Shown: one piece after another, positions 30,494-39,303 of the stretch | Layout of the letters: each line of letters starts with the position of its first letter | How positions within the stretch are numbered: position 1 is the first letter of the stretch | Assembly (NCBI RefSeq): GCF_035514885.1 | Contig: NZ_DATJCH010000023.1 | Location: 4,881 to 68,880 of the forward strand | From: Albibacterium sp. | Lineage (GTDB): Bacteria; Bacteroidota; Bacteroidia; Sphingobacteriales; Sphingobacteriaceae | DNA length: 64,000 bases | Direction: 5' to 3' | Made by a program: the position numbers and the translations under genes | The notes under the pieces: model-generated | The model's input: only the letters and a program-made list of their open reading frames with translations | Database searches by the model: none | Told to the model about the DNA's origin: nothing

Positions 30494-31951
30494 ATGAATA
30501 ATTTAGAAAAGAAAGATTTTGATGCTATAGTGGTTGGATCTGGGCCAAACGGCTTGGCTGCTGCAATAACTTTGCAACGGGCTGGCTTATCCGCTTTGCT
30601 GATTGAAGGAAAGGATACAATTGGCGGTGGAATGGGTTCTGCTGAACTGACTTTACCGGGCTTTATTCATGATGTATGCTCAGCTATTCATCCGATGGCA
30701 GCGGCTTCGCCTTTTTTCAAATCACTCCCCTTAGAATCGCATGGTTTGGAACTTATTTACCCTGAAATAGCTGCTGCTCACCCTTTCGATAATGGGAAAG
30801 CAGCTTTCCTTACTAAGTCGATAGAGGAAACAGCATCCGCTTTAGGAAAAGATAAAGAGACCTATTTAAAGCTGATGAAACCGATAGTTAACTATTGGCC
30901 CAAGATAGATAAAGATGTTTTGGGGCCTGCACTCCGAATTCCAGATGCACCTATTCCCATGGCTCAATTTGGTTTAAAGGCATTAACATCTGCTTTAATG
31001 CTTGCCAAACGCTTTAAGACCCAAGAAGCAAGAGGTTTATGGGCTGGGATGGCTGCACATTCTATTCAACCCTTATCCAACCTAACGACATCGGCTATTG
31101 GCTTGGTATTAATGGCTGCCGGACATCTGGGTGGGTGGCCAATCCCAAAAGGTGGATCCATAAAAATTGCTAATGCTATGGCTTCCTATTTCACCTCTCT
31201 TGGGGGAAAGATAGAAACCGGAACTTATATAAAATCCCTCAAGCAATTACCCTCTTCTCATGCCGTTTTGCTGGATGTTACGCCCAAACAATTACTTGAA
31301 ATAGCCGGACATAAATTCTCATCAATTTACAAATGGCAATTGGAAAAATACCGCTATGGAATGGGTGTATTTAAAGTAGATTGGGCCTTAGATGAAGCAA
31401 TACCATTTACAGCAGATGTAGCAAGGCGGGCAACAACGGTTCATATTGGCAATACAATAGAGGAAATTGCGGCTGGCGAACAGACATCCTCAAAAGGTAA
31501 AATTGTAGAAAAACCTTTTGTATTGTTAGCTCAACAAAGCTTATTTGATGAAAGCAGGGCACCAGCCGGAAAGCATACTGCCTGGGCATATTGTCATGTA
31601 CCCAATGGCTCTACAACGGATATGACCGACCGGATTGAAAAACAGATAGAACGCTTTGCACCAGGCTTTAGAGATCGGATTTTAGCGAAGCATAGCTTTA
31701 ACCCGGCTCAAATGGAAAACTACAATCCAAATTATATCGGAGGGGATATTAATGGTGGAATCATTGATATCGGACAATTGTTTACTCGTCCGGTTATTAG
31801 TGCTTCTCCTTATAGAACTTCTGCCAAAGGAATCTATATCTGTTCTTCTTCCACACCTCCGGGCGGAGGCGTCCATGGTATGTGTGGATATCACGCTGCA
31901 AAAAGGGCTCTTAAAGATATCTTTAAATTAAAAGCGAACACCCCTTTATAA
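30494..31951 (+). CDS. Phytoene desaturase (CrtI)-family NAD(P)/FAD-dependent oxidoreductase
   Basis: N-terminal dinucleotide-binding motif VVGSGPNGLAAA and about 485 aa, a length typical of the family. Confidence 0.8.
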   Translation: MNNLEKKDFDAIVVGSGPNGLAAAITLQRAGLSALLIEGKDTIGGGMGSAELTLPGFIHDVCSAIHPMAAASPFFKSLPLESHGLELIYPEIAAAHPFDNGKAAFLTKSIEETASALGKDKETYLKLMKPIVNYWPKIDKDVLGPALRIPDAPIPMAQFGLKALTSALMLAKRFKTQEARGLWAGMAAHSIQPLSNLTTSAIGLVLMAAGHLGGWPIPKGGSIKIANAMASYFTSLGGKIETGTYIKSLKQLPSSHAVLLDVTPKQLLEIAGHKFSSIYKWQLEKYRYGMGVFKVDWALDEAIPFTADVARRATTVHIGNTIEEIAAGEQTSSKGKIVEKPFVLLAQQSLFDESRAPAGKHTAWAYCHVPNGSTTDMTDRIEKQIERFAPGFRDRILAKHSFNPAQMENYNPNYIGGDINGGIIDIGQLFTRPVISASPYRTSAKGIYICSSSTPPGGGVHGMCGYHAAKRALKDIFKLKANTPL

Positions 31952-31970
31952 AGAATGTTCGCTTTTAATT
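31931..31970 (+). terminator. Terminator hairpin spanning the stop codon
   Basis: Perfect 10-bp stem (aaagcgaaca / tgttcgcttt) with a 15-nt loop and a T-rich tail. Confidence 0.6.
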
Positions 31971-31990
31971 TATCTCGAAACTTATGATAC

Positions 31991-32665
31991 TTATTGACTC
32001 CTAAGATATTTATATCTCGTACTTGAGAATTTCCCTTGGGTTACAGATGGAAAGCTAGTACCAGAACCGGATTTCCCTCCTGCTGTATTCTCGCCACTCT
32101 TTTTTAAATTGCTCATAGAAACAGCTGCAAATAAACTTCCCTTTCTAAAATGGAGACCTTGAACTCTTTCGTATCGCTTTCCCGCAGCGTCTTCAAAAAC
32201 CAATGCAAACTCGATATTCTTTTTTAATTCATCCAGTCTGGTGGTTGAAGAGAATTTATTCTGACTAATCGGTAACCACACTGAGAAATTGTATTTAAAG
32301 CTATGTGTACTTCCTTCTGAAATAGTTACCGGCTGATCCGTATCCTCTTCAGTTAAATTAAAAACTCGTTTATCTTTCAGTAAAATATGCTGTATGCGAA
32401 CAGAATAAGCTGTATGCATCGATTTATTTTCGATTGCAATAACGAGTTTAAAATCATAACGCTTACAATTTCCTTTGGTTTCGGGGGGTGCCCACATGCC
32501 ATAAATTTCACAAGATGACAGTAATTTAGGCCTAACGTTAGTCTGAAAGCTTAGTTGCCTAACTATATCCATTAGCTTTGTAGTTATTGATTCCCTCTTC
32601 ATAACTACATAACCAACAAACCGGGAAAAAAGTTTAGAATTTTTATTGAAAATTGTAAACAGCAT
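31991..32665 (-). CDS. Hypothetical protein
   Basis: 224-aa ORF (alternative start MKRESI at 32602) with a Gly/Ser-rich basic C-terminal tail. No family recognised. Confidence 0.5.
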   Translation of the reverse strand: MLFTIFNKNSKLFSRFVGYVVMKRESITTKLMDIVRQLSFQTNVRPKLLSSCEIYGMWAPPETKGNCKRYDFKLVIAIENKSMHTAYSVRIQHILLKDKRVFNLTEEDTDQPVTISEGSTHSFKYNFSVWLPISQNKFSSTTRLDELKKNIEFALVFEDAAGKRYERVQGLHFRKGSLFAAVSMSNLKKSGENTAGGKSGSGTSFPSVTQGKFSSTRYKYLRSQ

Positions 32666-32688
32666 TCAATATTAAGTAATGGTGCTAA

Positions 32689-34167
32689 CTAATATCCTAT
32701 CCGCTTTAAACCATCTTTTGCTTTGGATTCAATGCTATTCTCATATTCATGATTTTTCATAGCGACAGCCTGCTTATAATAACTAGCTGCCTGGCTTTTA
32801 AAATTTAACTTTTCATAAATACCCCCGATATGCAAGGCTGCATTAGCTGCGTAATAATAAGTTGCCTTTTTCCCTATCTCAACTGCACGCTGGTAATTTG
32901 CAATAGCGAATGAAACCTTATCGGATTCATCGTAAATTCTACCCAACCTATAATAGAATTCAATCCGATCTCTTTGCAGTTTAAAATCACTCTCCTTTTT
33001 CTTGCTTAACTGAACCAATGCTTTACTATAATAACCGCCGTCGAAATATAAGCGAGCCTTCAAAAGGCTTAAATTTGGTGCAGCTTCATTTGCTTCCTTA
33101 AGCGCTTGTTTATCCTTCTCATCGTATAAATCCCCTTTACTCTTTACTTCCTTCAAATAGGAAGTATACGTATTATTATCTCCTTTTAAATAATAATAAT
33201 AAGCAAGTTTAAGGTAGGCATCTTTCACATAGTTTATTCCATTATATTCTTTTAGAAAATTAGAAAGATATGTATTTGCATCGGGATCCATACGATGAAG
33301 TTTTGCATTTCCTAACAAATAGTCTAAAGCGGGAAATTTAATGTAATCAGCACCTACAGGGCGCTTTTGCAGGTACGCAATTGCCTGATCATTACGTCCA
33401 CTTTTAGCCGACACATAACCCTGTAAATATGTTTTTAGTAAGCTTGAATCATTTAAAGTAGCAATATGGCCCATTATCTTATTGTAATTGGATTTGTTTT
33501 GCACCAGATCCGTCTCAATATAACATAAGAAGAAAACCACTTCATCTTTATAAAAAGCATACGAAGATTTAGGTAAGGTTATAGCTAGATTTTCCAAGGT
33601 CCTAATTCCACTACTTGCATTTCCTTTAATGCCTATAGTGGAGAATATTCCTTTCAGATTTGACGGAATTGAGCCAAAAATTACATCTATTAATCCTGAA
33701 CTCTTTTTATTAGGCAAGAATGTTGTAAATTTCGTCTGATTTGATGATAAGAGTTTATCTGCCTTTTTGATAGTCAGGCCTGCAGAAAGGTATTCCTGGA
33801 ACCGACTTTCCAGCATTCCCCATTGAAGGTTAACTTCTGCTTGACTAAATAAATAATAAGGAGAATCTTTATCCAGTTTCTCCAAGGCATTTAGTCGGCT
33901 TGATTTTGATCCTTTAAGTCTTTCATAGTCGGCTTTATTTTCTGAAGTTAATATTGTGAAATAATCAACATAGTTATCCAAAAGGATAGTTATCCCATTA
34001 TCGGGATTACTCAATTTCTCTTGTGCTATTAGATCTCGTGCATCATTTAAACGAAGATCAAATATTGCCTGATAGGCTTGCTTGCATCGAGCGTTAAAGT
34101 CAAAATTGGCACTTGCTTGAAATTCAATGCCCAAGAGTATTATTAAAATAAAAGCTTTCCTTATCAT
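32689..34167 (-). CDS. Secreted tetratricopeptide-repeat protein
   Basis: The ATG at 34167 gives the signal peptide MIRKAFILIILLGIEFQASA. Multiple TPR-like A..Y/Y..A repeats occur in the C-terminal half. Confidence 0.7.
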   Translation of the reverse strand: MIRKAFILIILLGIEFQASANFDFNARCKQAYQAIFDLRLNDARDLIAQEKLSNPDNGITILLDNYVDYFTILTSENKADYERLKGSKSSRLNALEKLDKDSPYYLFSQAEVNLQWGMLESRFQEYLSAGLTIKKADKLLSSNQTKFTTFLPNKKSSGLIDVIFGSIPSNLKGIFSTIGIKGNASSGIRTLENLAITLPKSSYAFYKDEVVFFLCYIETDLVQNKSNYNKIMGHIATLNDSSLLKTYLQGYVSAKSGRNDQAIAYLQKRPVGADYIKFPALDYLLGNAKLHRMDPDANTYLSNFLKEYNGINYVKDAYLKLAYYYYLKGDNNTYTSYLKEVKSKGDLYDEKDKQALKEANEAAPNLSLLKARLYFDGGYYSKALVQLSKKKESDFKLQRDRIEFYYRLGRIYDESDKVSFAIANYQRAVEIGKKATYYYAANAALHIGGIYEKLNFKSQAASYYKQAVAMKNHEYENSIESKAKDGLKRIGY

Positions 34168-34394
34168 TATTCGTGTGAATAGTTTTTTAGCCAACTACTA
34201 AGCAAAAAACATGCGGTTTTTTCAAAATATCAATTAATTCTTTAAAAGTATTTCATTGAGACTACTCCACCCTTCAGGAATTTTGCAGCAGTTCCCTATT
34301 CACAACAAACTATGTTATTGAATTTCATTAAGTTACGCAGCCCTTAAAAAAAGAAAGGCAACTAACTAATTAAGTTAATTGCCCTTTATGAGTG

Positions 34395-34479
34395 CGGAAA
34401 GCGAGGGATTCGAACCCCCGGACCTTTGACAGTCAACGGTTTTCAAGACCGCCGCATTCGACCACTCTGCCAGCTTTCC
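34395..34479 (-). tRNA. tRNA-Ser (anticodon TGA)
   Basis: Hand-folded: acceptor GGAAAGC, anticodon stem GCGGT/ACCGT with loop CTTGAAA, long variable arm and T-arm GGGGG-TTCGAAT-CCCTC. Confidence 0.9.
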
Positions 34480-34568
34480 GGAGGCAAAAGTACACACTTT
34501 ACTCAATTCTGCAAACAATAAGCTGTCTTTTTTTATACTTTCACATTAACCTGTTCATTCTTTGAAGA

Positions 34569-35447
34569 TTAACTTTTCAGATTCTTATCAATTAATGTCT
34601 GAATAACTCCATCAACTAAACCAATACGTGGAACAGCGATCTCTTTTATCTTTACCCATTTCATTAAGCTGATAAATATTTCACAAGCGGGGATAATAAC
34701 ATCAGCTCTATCGGGCTTTAAACCTAATATTTGAATTCGGTCCTTCAATGTATAACTGTTAAGCATATCTGATAGGGATTTCAGAGTGGAATAGCTTAAT
34801 AAATTGCCGGGCTTCTCATTCGACAAAGAAAATAATTTATTAATATTCCCGCCCGACCCGATTGCAATTACCTGTTTAAAACCTTTTGTATGATCCTTGG
34901 CCCATTTTTTCATATCATCCCAAACTTCATCTTTATCTTGATTATCCAATATACGGATAGTACCTATATCGAACGATTTGGATGCTTCTAATTTACCAGC
35001 ATGAAAAATTGAAAGCTCTGTACTTCCTCCCCCAACATCAATATATAGATAGGACTTATTGCTATTTAATTTTTCTATAACGTGACTGGAATAAATTATT
35101 TCAGCTTCTTGATTACCGTCAATAATTCGTAAGTCAATCCCTATTTCTTTTATTTTATCAACTAAATCGGGTCCGTTTTCAGCTTCACGCATAGCAGAAG
35201 TAGCACAAGCCATATAATCCTTCACCTCATATGCATCCATAAGATTGCGGAAGGCTGACATGGTTTTTATCAGAAGACTTGTTTTCTTGTCAGATATACG
35301 ATGTTCCAGAAAAGCATCATCTCCCAGACGAAGTGGAACACGGATTAGCGTATCCTTATTGAAATTATATTCTTTACCGTCTTCTCTTATTTCAGCTATT
35401 AATAAACGGACTGCATTGGAACCAATATCTATCGCGGCGTATCTCAT
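34569..35447 (-). CDS. ppx: Exopolyphosphatase (Ppx/GppA family)
   Basis: N-terminal AAIDIGSNAVRLLI actin-like ATPase motif. It overlaps ppk1 by 4 nt (ATGA). Confidence 0.88.
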   Translation of the reverse strand: MRYAAIDIGSNAVRLLIAEIREDGKEYNFNKDTLIRVPLRLGDDAFLEHRISDKKTSLLIKTMSAFRNLMDAYEVKDYMACATSAMREAENGPDLVDKIKEIGIDLRIIDGNQEAEIIYSSHVIEKLNSNKSYLYIDVGGGSTELSIFHAGKLEASKSFDIGTIRILDNQDKDEVWDDMKKWAKDHTKGFKQVIAIGSGGNINKLFSLSNEKPGNLLSYSTLKSLSDMLNSYTLKDRIQILGLKPDRADVIIPACEIFISLMKWVKIKEIAVPRIGLVDGVIQTLIDKNLKS

Positions 35448-37516
35448 GGGCTTACTTTATTTTTAAAATATAAATAGGTTTCTAGTTGTGAATGATGAGA
35501 AGAACGACCTTCAGTTTTTATATAGCGATTGTCATTCTCGGCATTAATTTCTCTTGCTTTGGTATTGTCCTTTAATTGAAATCCAATAACTTTTCGGATC
35601 TGATGTTTAATTGAAGGGTCAAGAATCGGGAAAGTTACCTCTACCCTTCTATCCAGGTTGCGATTCATAAAATCAGCAGAACTCAAATAAATCTCTTCGT
35701 TTCCATTATTAGAGAATATCCATACACGGGCATGCTCTAAATAACGATCAACAATACTACGAACTTTAATGTTTTCGCTGAAACCAGGGGTTTCAGGAAT
35801 TAAGCAACACATTCCCCGAACAATCAAATCTATCTTCACACCGGCATTACTTGCTTCATACATCTTTGCAATGATTTCCTCATCAGTTAAAGAATTTAGC
35901 TTAAAAATTATAGACGCAGGTATGCCTGCCTTTGCATATTCGATCTCTCTATCTATAAATTGGATAAGCTTAGGACGAGTTTCTAATGGAGAGGTTATAA
36001 GAGCCTGATAATCATCATTAAAATCATTATGTACCAAGCCTGCAAAGAGGCGTTTTAAATCTTCAATAATGGCATCATTTACTGTAAATAAATTATAATC
36101 ACAATAAACATGAGCAGTCTGCTCATTGAAGTTTCCAGTTGCTAAAGTGGCAAAATATTGAATATCTTTACGTTCCTTTCTACCAACTAAACATATTTTG
36201 GCATGTACTTTAAAGTCTGCTAAACCAAAATAAACTTTAGCTCCTGCCTCTGTTAATTTCTGACTCCAGTCTATGTTGGCCTGCTCATCAAACCTTGCCT
36301 TTAACTCAAGAAAACAGTAAACTTTTTTACCATTTCTAACCGCATTGATAAGTGCATTAACAACATCTGAATACTCAGCTAGTCTATATAAAGAAATGGC
36401 AATAGAAACCACCTTCGGATCAATAGCGGCTTCGCGAAGAAAATGGATGATATAATCATAAGATTGGTAAGGTAAATTAATCAGAAAGTCTGATTTCCTC
36501 ATCTGACTAAATAGGCTTTTCTGTAAATTGAAGCCTGCCACAGGTAAAGGATTTAACTTTCGATATTCAAGATGCTTTCCACCAACATTGGGAAATCTTA
36601 TAAAGTCTTTAAAATTATGATATCGGTTTCCCGGAATAAAAGCATCCGAATCCAGCTTCATCTTATCCACTAAATAGTTGAGCATATCTTGCGGCATCTC
36701 AGAATCGTAAAGCAGACGCATAGGCTTACCTTTATCTCTTTTCTTTAGACTGGATGCTAGTATATCGATAAACTCCTCCTGGAGGTTTAAATCAAGGTCT
36801 AGCTCTGCATCTCTGGTTAATTGAATTGTATAGGCCTCGATACTATTATAATTGAAAATAAAAAACAGCTCACTAAAGCAGTAACGAATAATATCTTCCA
36901 GTAGAATGATGAAATTTAAGTTTCTCTCGGACGGAAGAATCAAGAATCTGGATAAGACTTTAGTTGGTACTTCTAATAAAGAATAGCTTATTTTCTTCTT
37001 ATGCGTAAGCTTAATTAGAAAATAGATTCTCCGATCTTTCAGATCAGGAAAAGGCCTGCTAATATTTCCATGATCGAGCATTATAGGCACAAGCTTTGGA
37101 AGAACTTCATCCACAAAATATCTGTGAACAAACTGTCCCCTACCTACATTAAGTTGACCTTCATTGATAATAAAGATTTTCTCTGCTGCTAATAATTTGA
37201 TTATTTCCTCATATAAATCATCAAACTGCCGCTCTAGCTTTACTACTAGCTCCTTTATAAGCTTAAGAATTTTTTTAGGGCTGAATCCCAATAGTTCCTT
37301 AGCCTGAACATTTATATTTGATAGACGATTTAAGGTAGCTACACGAACGCGGTAGAACTCATCCAAATTAGAAGAGAAGATAGCTAAAAATCGTAAACGT
37401 TCGATAAGCGGGACAGACTGATCTGCAGCCTCCTGCAATACTCGTTCATTAAAATGCAACCAGCTTATTTCCCTATTAATAAGGGGGATATCCTTTAATT
37501 CAGAACTATTCTGCAT
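35444..37516 (-). CDS. ppk1: Polyphosphate kinase 1
   Basis: 690 aa with N-terminal NREISWLHFNERVL and two PLD-like C-terminal domains. Confidence 0.93.
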   Translation of the reverse strand: MQNSSELKDIPLINREISWLHFNERVLQEAADQSVPLIERLRFLAIFSSNLDEFYRVRVATLNRLSNINVQAKELLGFSPKKILKLIKELVVKLERQFDDLYEEIIKLLAAEKIFIINEGQLNVGRGQFVHRYFVDEVLPKLVPIMLDHGNISRPFPDLKDRRIYFLIKLTHKKKISYSLLEVPTKVLSRFLILPSERNLNFIILLEDIIRYCFSELFFIFNYNSIEAYTIQLTRDAELDLDLNLQEEFIDILASSLKKRDKGKPMRLLYDSEMPQDMLNYLVDKMKLDSDAFIPGNRYHNFKDFIRFPNVGGKHLEYRKLNPLPVAGFNLQKSLFSQMRKSDFLINLPYQSYDYIIHFLREAAIDPKVVSIAISLYRLAEYSDVVNALINAVRNGKKVYCFLELKARFDEQANIDWSQKLTEAGAKVYFGLADFKVHAKICLVGRKERKDIQYFATLATGNFNEQTAHVYCDYNLFTVNDAIIEDLKRLFAGLVHNDFNDDYQALITSPLETRPKLIQFIDREIEYAKAGIPASIIFKLNSLTDEEIIAKMYEASNAGVKIDLIVRGMCCLIPETPGFSENIKVRSIVDRYLEHARVWIFSNNGNEEIYLSSADFMNRNLDRRVEVTFPILDPSIKHQIRKVIGFQLKDNTKAREINAENDNRYIKTEGRSSHHSQLETYLYFKNKVSP

Positions 37517-37616
37517 ATTATTAACTCGAACTTAAAAGCAATAACAAATATTGTAATGCAATATAAAGTATATATAAAGCTAATATTAAAATTAAGGAAT
37601 AAAATTTAAAAGGAAT

Positions 37617-38651
37617 TTATTCCTGGTTCCAGTAAGGCTGTTCTAATATTTCCAGTTGGGTAATAACTTGTTCTTCTGTAACCGGGAAAAGCTTATCAAA
37701 TCGAATGGTATGATATACCTCTTCAAACAAACCAATAATGGAAACCGTTGGGGATGCTATGCGTGATACTACTTTCTCTTCAAAGTTATTAATATAAGTA
37801 AGTATACCCTGACTGCCCTCGGGTTCAACTCCAAAGCTAGGGTCATTTGGCTTTACACCTTCAATTAATTGATCTTCCTGAACATCAGACCTTAATTTCT
37901 TGAAAGTACCTTCTGAACCTCGTAATACATATGCCGGACCTTTGTCAACAACAAGGTTACTAATGGTTATGAAAACCTGCAATCCTTCTCCATAAGAAAG
38001 AACAAAGTTTACATAGTCTTCAATTTGAGTATTTACTCTATTCTTAGTGCCTATTTTCAGAGTTTTCTGTGGTGCGCCAAATAAGTGAATTGCTTGGTCA
38101 ATCATGTGTGAGCCTAAATCATAAGCAATGCCACTGCCCGGAATGGGAGCTTCTTTAAAAGTCTTAGGTCCAATTTCGGGTTTATAGCGATCGAAACGAA
38201 TGTGCAATTCGATCAGCTTTCCGATCCGTTCACTTTCTATAACATTCTTAACAGATAGAAAATCACTATTCCAACGACGGTTGTGATAAACCATCACTTT
38301 CTTATTTAACGATTTCCCCAAATCAAACAATTCTCTTGCTTCTTGTGAAGTTGGCACAAAGGGTTTCTCAACCAATATATGTTTTCCACTTTCTAAAGCC
38401 TTTTTAGAGAACTCAAAATGGGTGTCATTCGGAGTATTGATAATTACCAGTTCTATATCTGGATTATCAAGTAATTCTTGCACAGAATTATAAGAAATAA
38501 TGCCTGGATAATGTTTATCTGCTTCCTTTTTACTGCGCTCAACAACAGCAACAAATTCAAACAATGGATTATCTGCTATAAAGGGTGCGTGAAATATTTT
38601 ACCTGACATACCAAAGGATAGCAAGCCGGTTTTAAGTGGTTTTCCAGTCAT
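37617..38651 (-). CDS. Gfo/Idh/MocA family oxidoreductase (cytoplasmic)
   Basis: N-terminal Rossmann fold (GLLSFGMSGKIFH) and an EKP motif (LVEKPF). No signal peptide. Confidence 0.85.
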   Translation of the reverse strand: MTGKPLKTGLLSFGMSGKIFHAPFIADNPLFEFVAVVERSKKEADKHYPGIISYNSVQELLDNPDIELVIINTPNDTHFEFSKKALESGKHILVEKPFVPTSQEARELFDLGKSLNKKVMVYHNRRWNSDFLSVKNVIESERIGKLIELHIRFDRYKPEIGPKTFKEAPIPGSGIAYDLGSHMIDQAIHLFGAPQKTLKIGTKNRVNTQIEDYVNFVLSYGEGLQVFITISNLVVDKGPAYVLRGSEGTFKKLRSDVQEDQLIEGVKPNDPSFGVEPEGSQGILTYINNFEEKVVSRIASPTVSIIGLFEEVYHTIRFDKLFPVTEEQVITQLEILEQPYWNQE

Positions 38652-38668
38652 TATCTCAACAAATATTT

Positions 38669-39247
38669 TTAATTAATTGAAGACCTTGTTCTTTCAAGTA
38701 GTTCTTTTAAACCTTCTAACTTAGATTGAGCGTAATTGCGAACAGAAACATTGGTGTTCCTACTAACAACCTCAAATTGATGAACTATTGTCTCCTGAGA
38801 ATGAATTACTTTTTGAGCAGGGGTTTCTTTGGAAACAGGTTGAGTTTGCTCTTGCACAACAACAGGACTTGCTGTAGCAGCAGAATCAGGTACTGTTGAT
38901 TCTGTTACTACTGCAAAAGTATTAATTGCCGGAGCTGCTTTCTCATCAAAATGAGTAGCAGAAAAACTAGGCATTAAAACGTTATTTTCTGTTGCTAGTT
39001 TAACTAACTCTTCTGAAAGTATTTTATATTCCTGAGCTATTTGTTGAGATTCGGCTCCCAGATTATAATTTTTAGCTGCATATTGCTGAAACAATGCCTC
39101 TTCGTATGTGGTCTTAAGAAATTCAAACGCTTCTGTATCAGCTTTTGTATAGTGATTATATTTGATGTCCTTATTGGGATCAATACATGATCCTAAAAAA
39201 ACAACTCCTACCAAAAGTAAAGCAATCATTAATTGTAACTGTTTCAT
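38669..39247 (-). CDS. Hypothetical lipoprotein (possibly DUF4142-like)
   Basis: Lipobox (FLGSC), with helical N- and C-terminal segments around a low-complexity linker. Confidence 0.5.
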   Translation of the reverse strand: MKQLQLMIALLLVGVVFLGSCIDPNKDIKYNHYTKADTEAFEFLKTTYEEALFQQYAAKNYNLGAESQQIAQEYKILSEELVKLATENNVLMPSFSATHFDEKAAPAINTFAVVTESTVPDSAATASPVVVQEQTQPVSKETPAQKVIHSQETIVHQFEVVSRNTNVSVRNYAQSKLEGLKELLERTRSSIN

Positions 39248-39303
39248 TTTATGACATTATTAGATAAGTAGTAAAAATAACATATTTTAGTTAAAAGAAA
39301 CAA

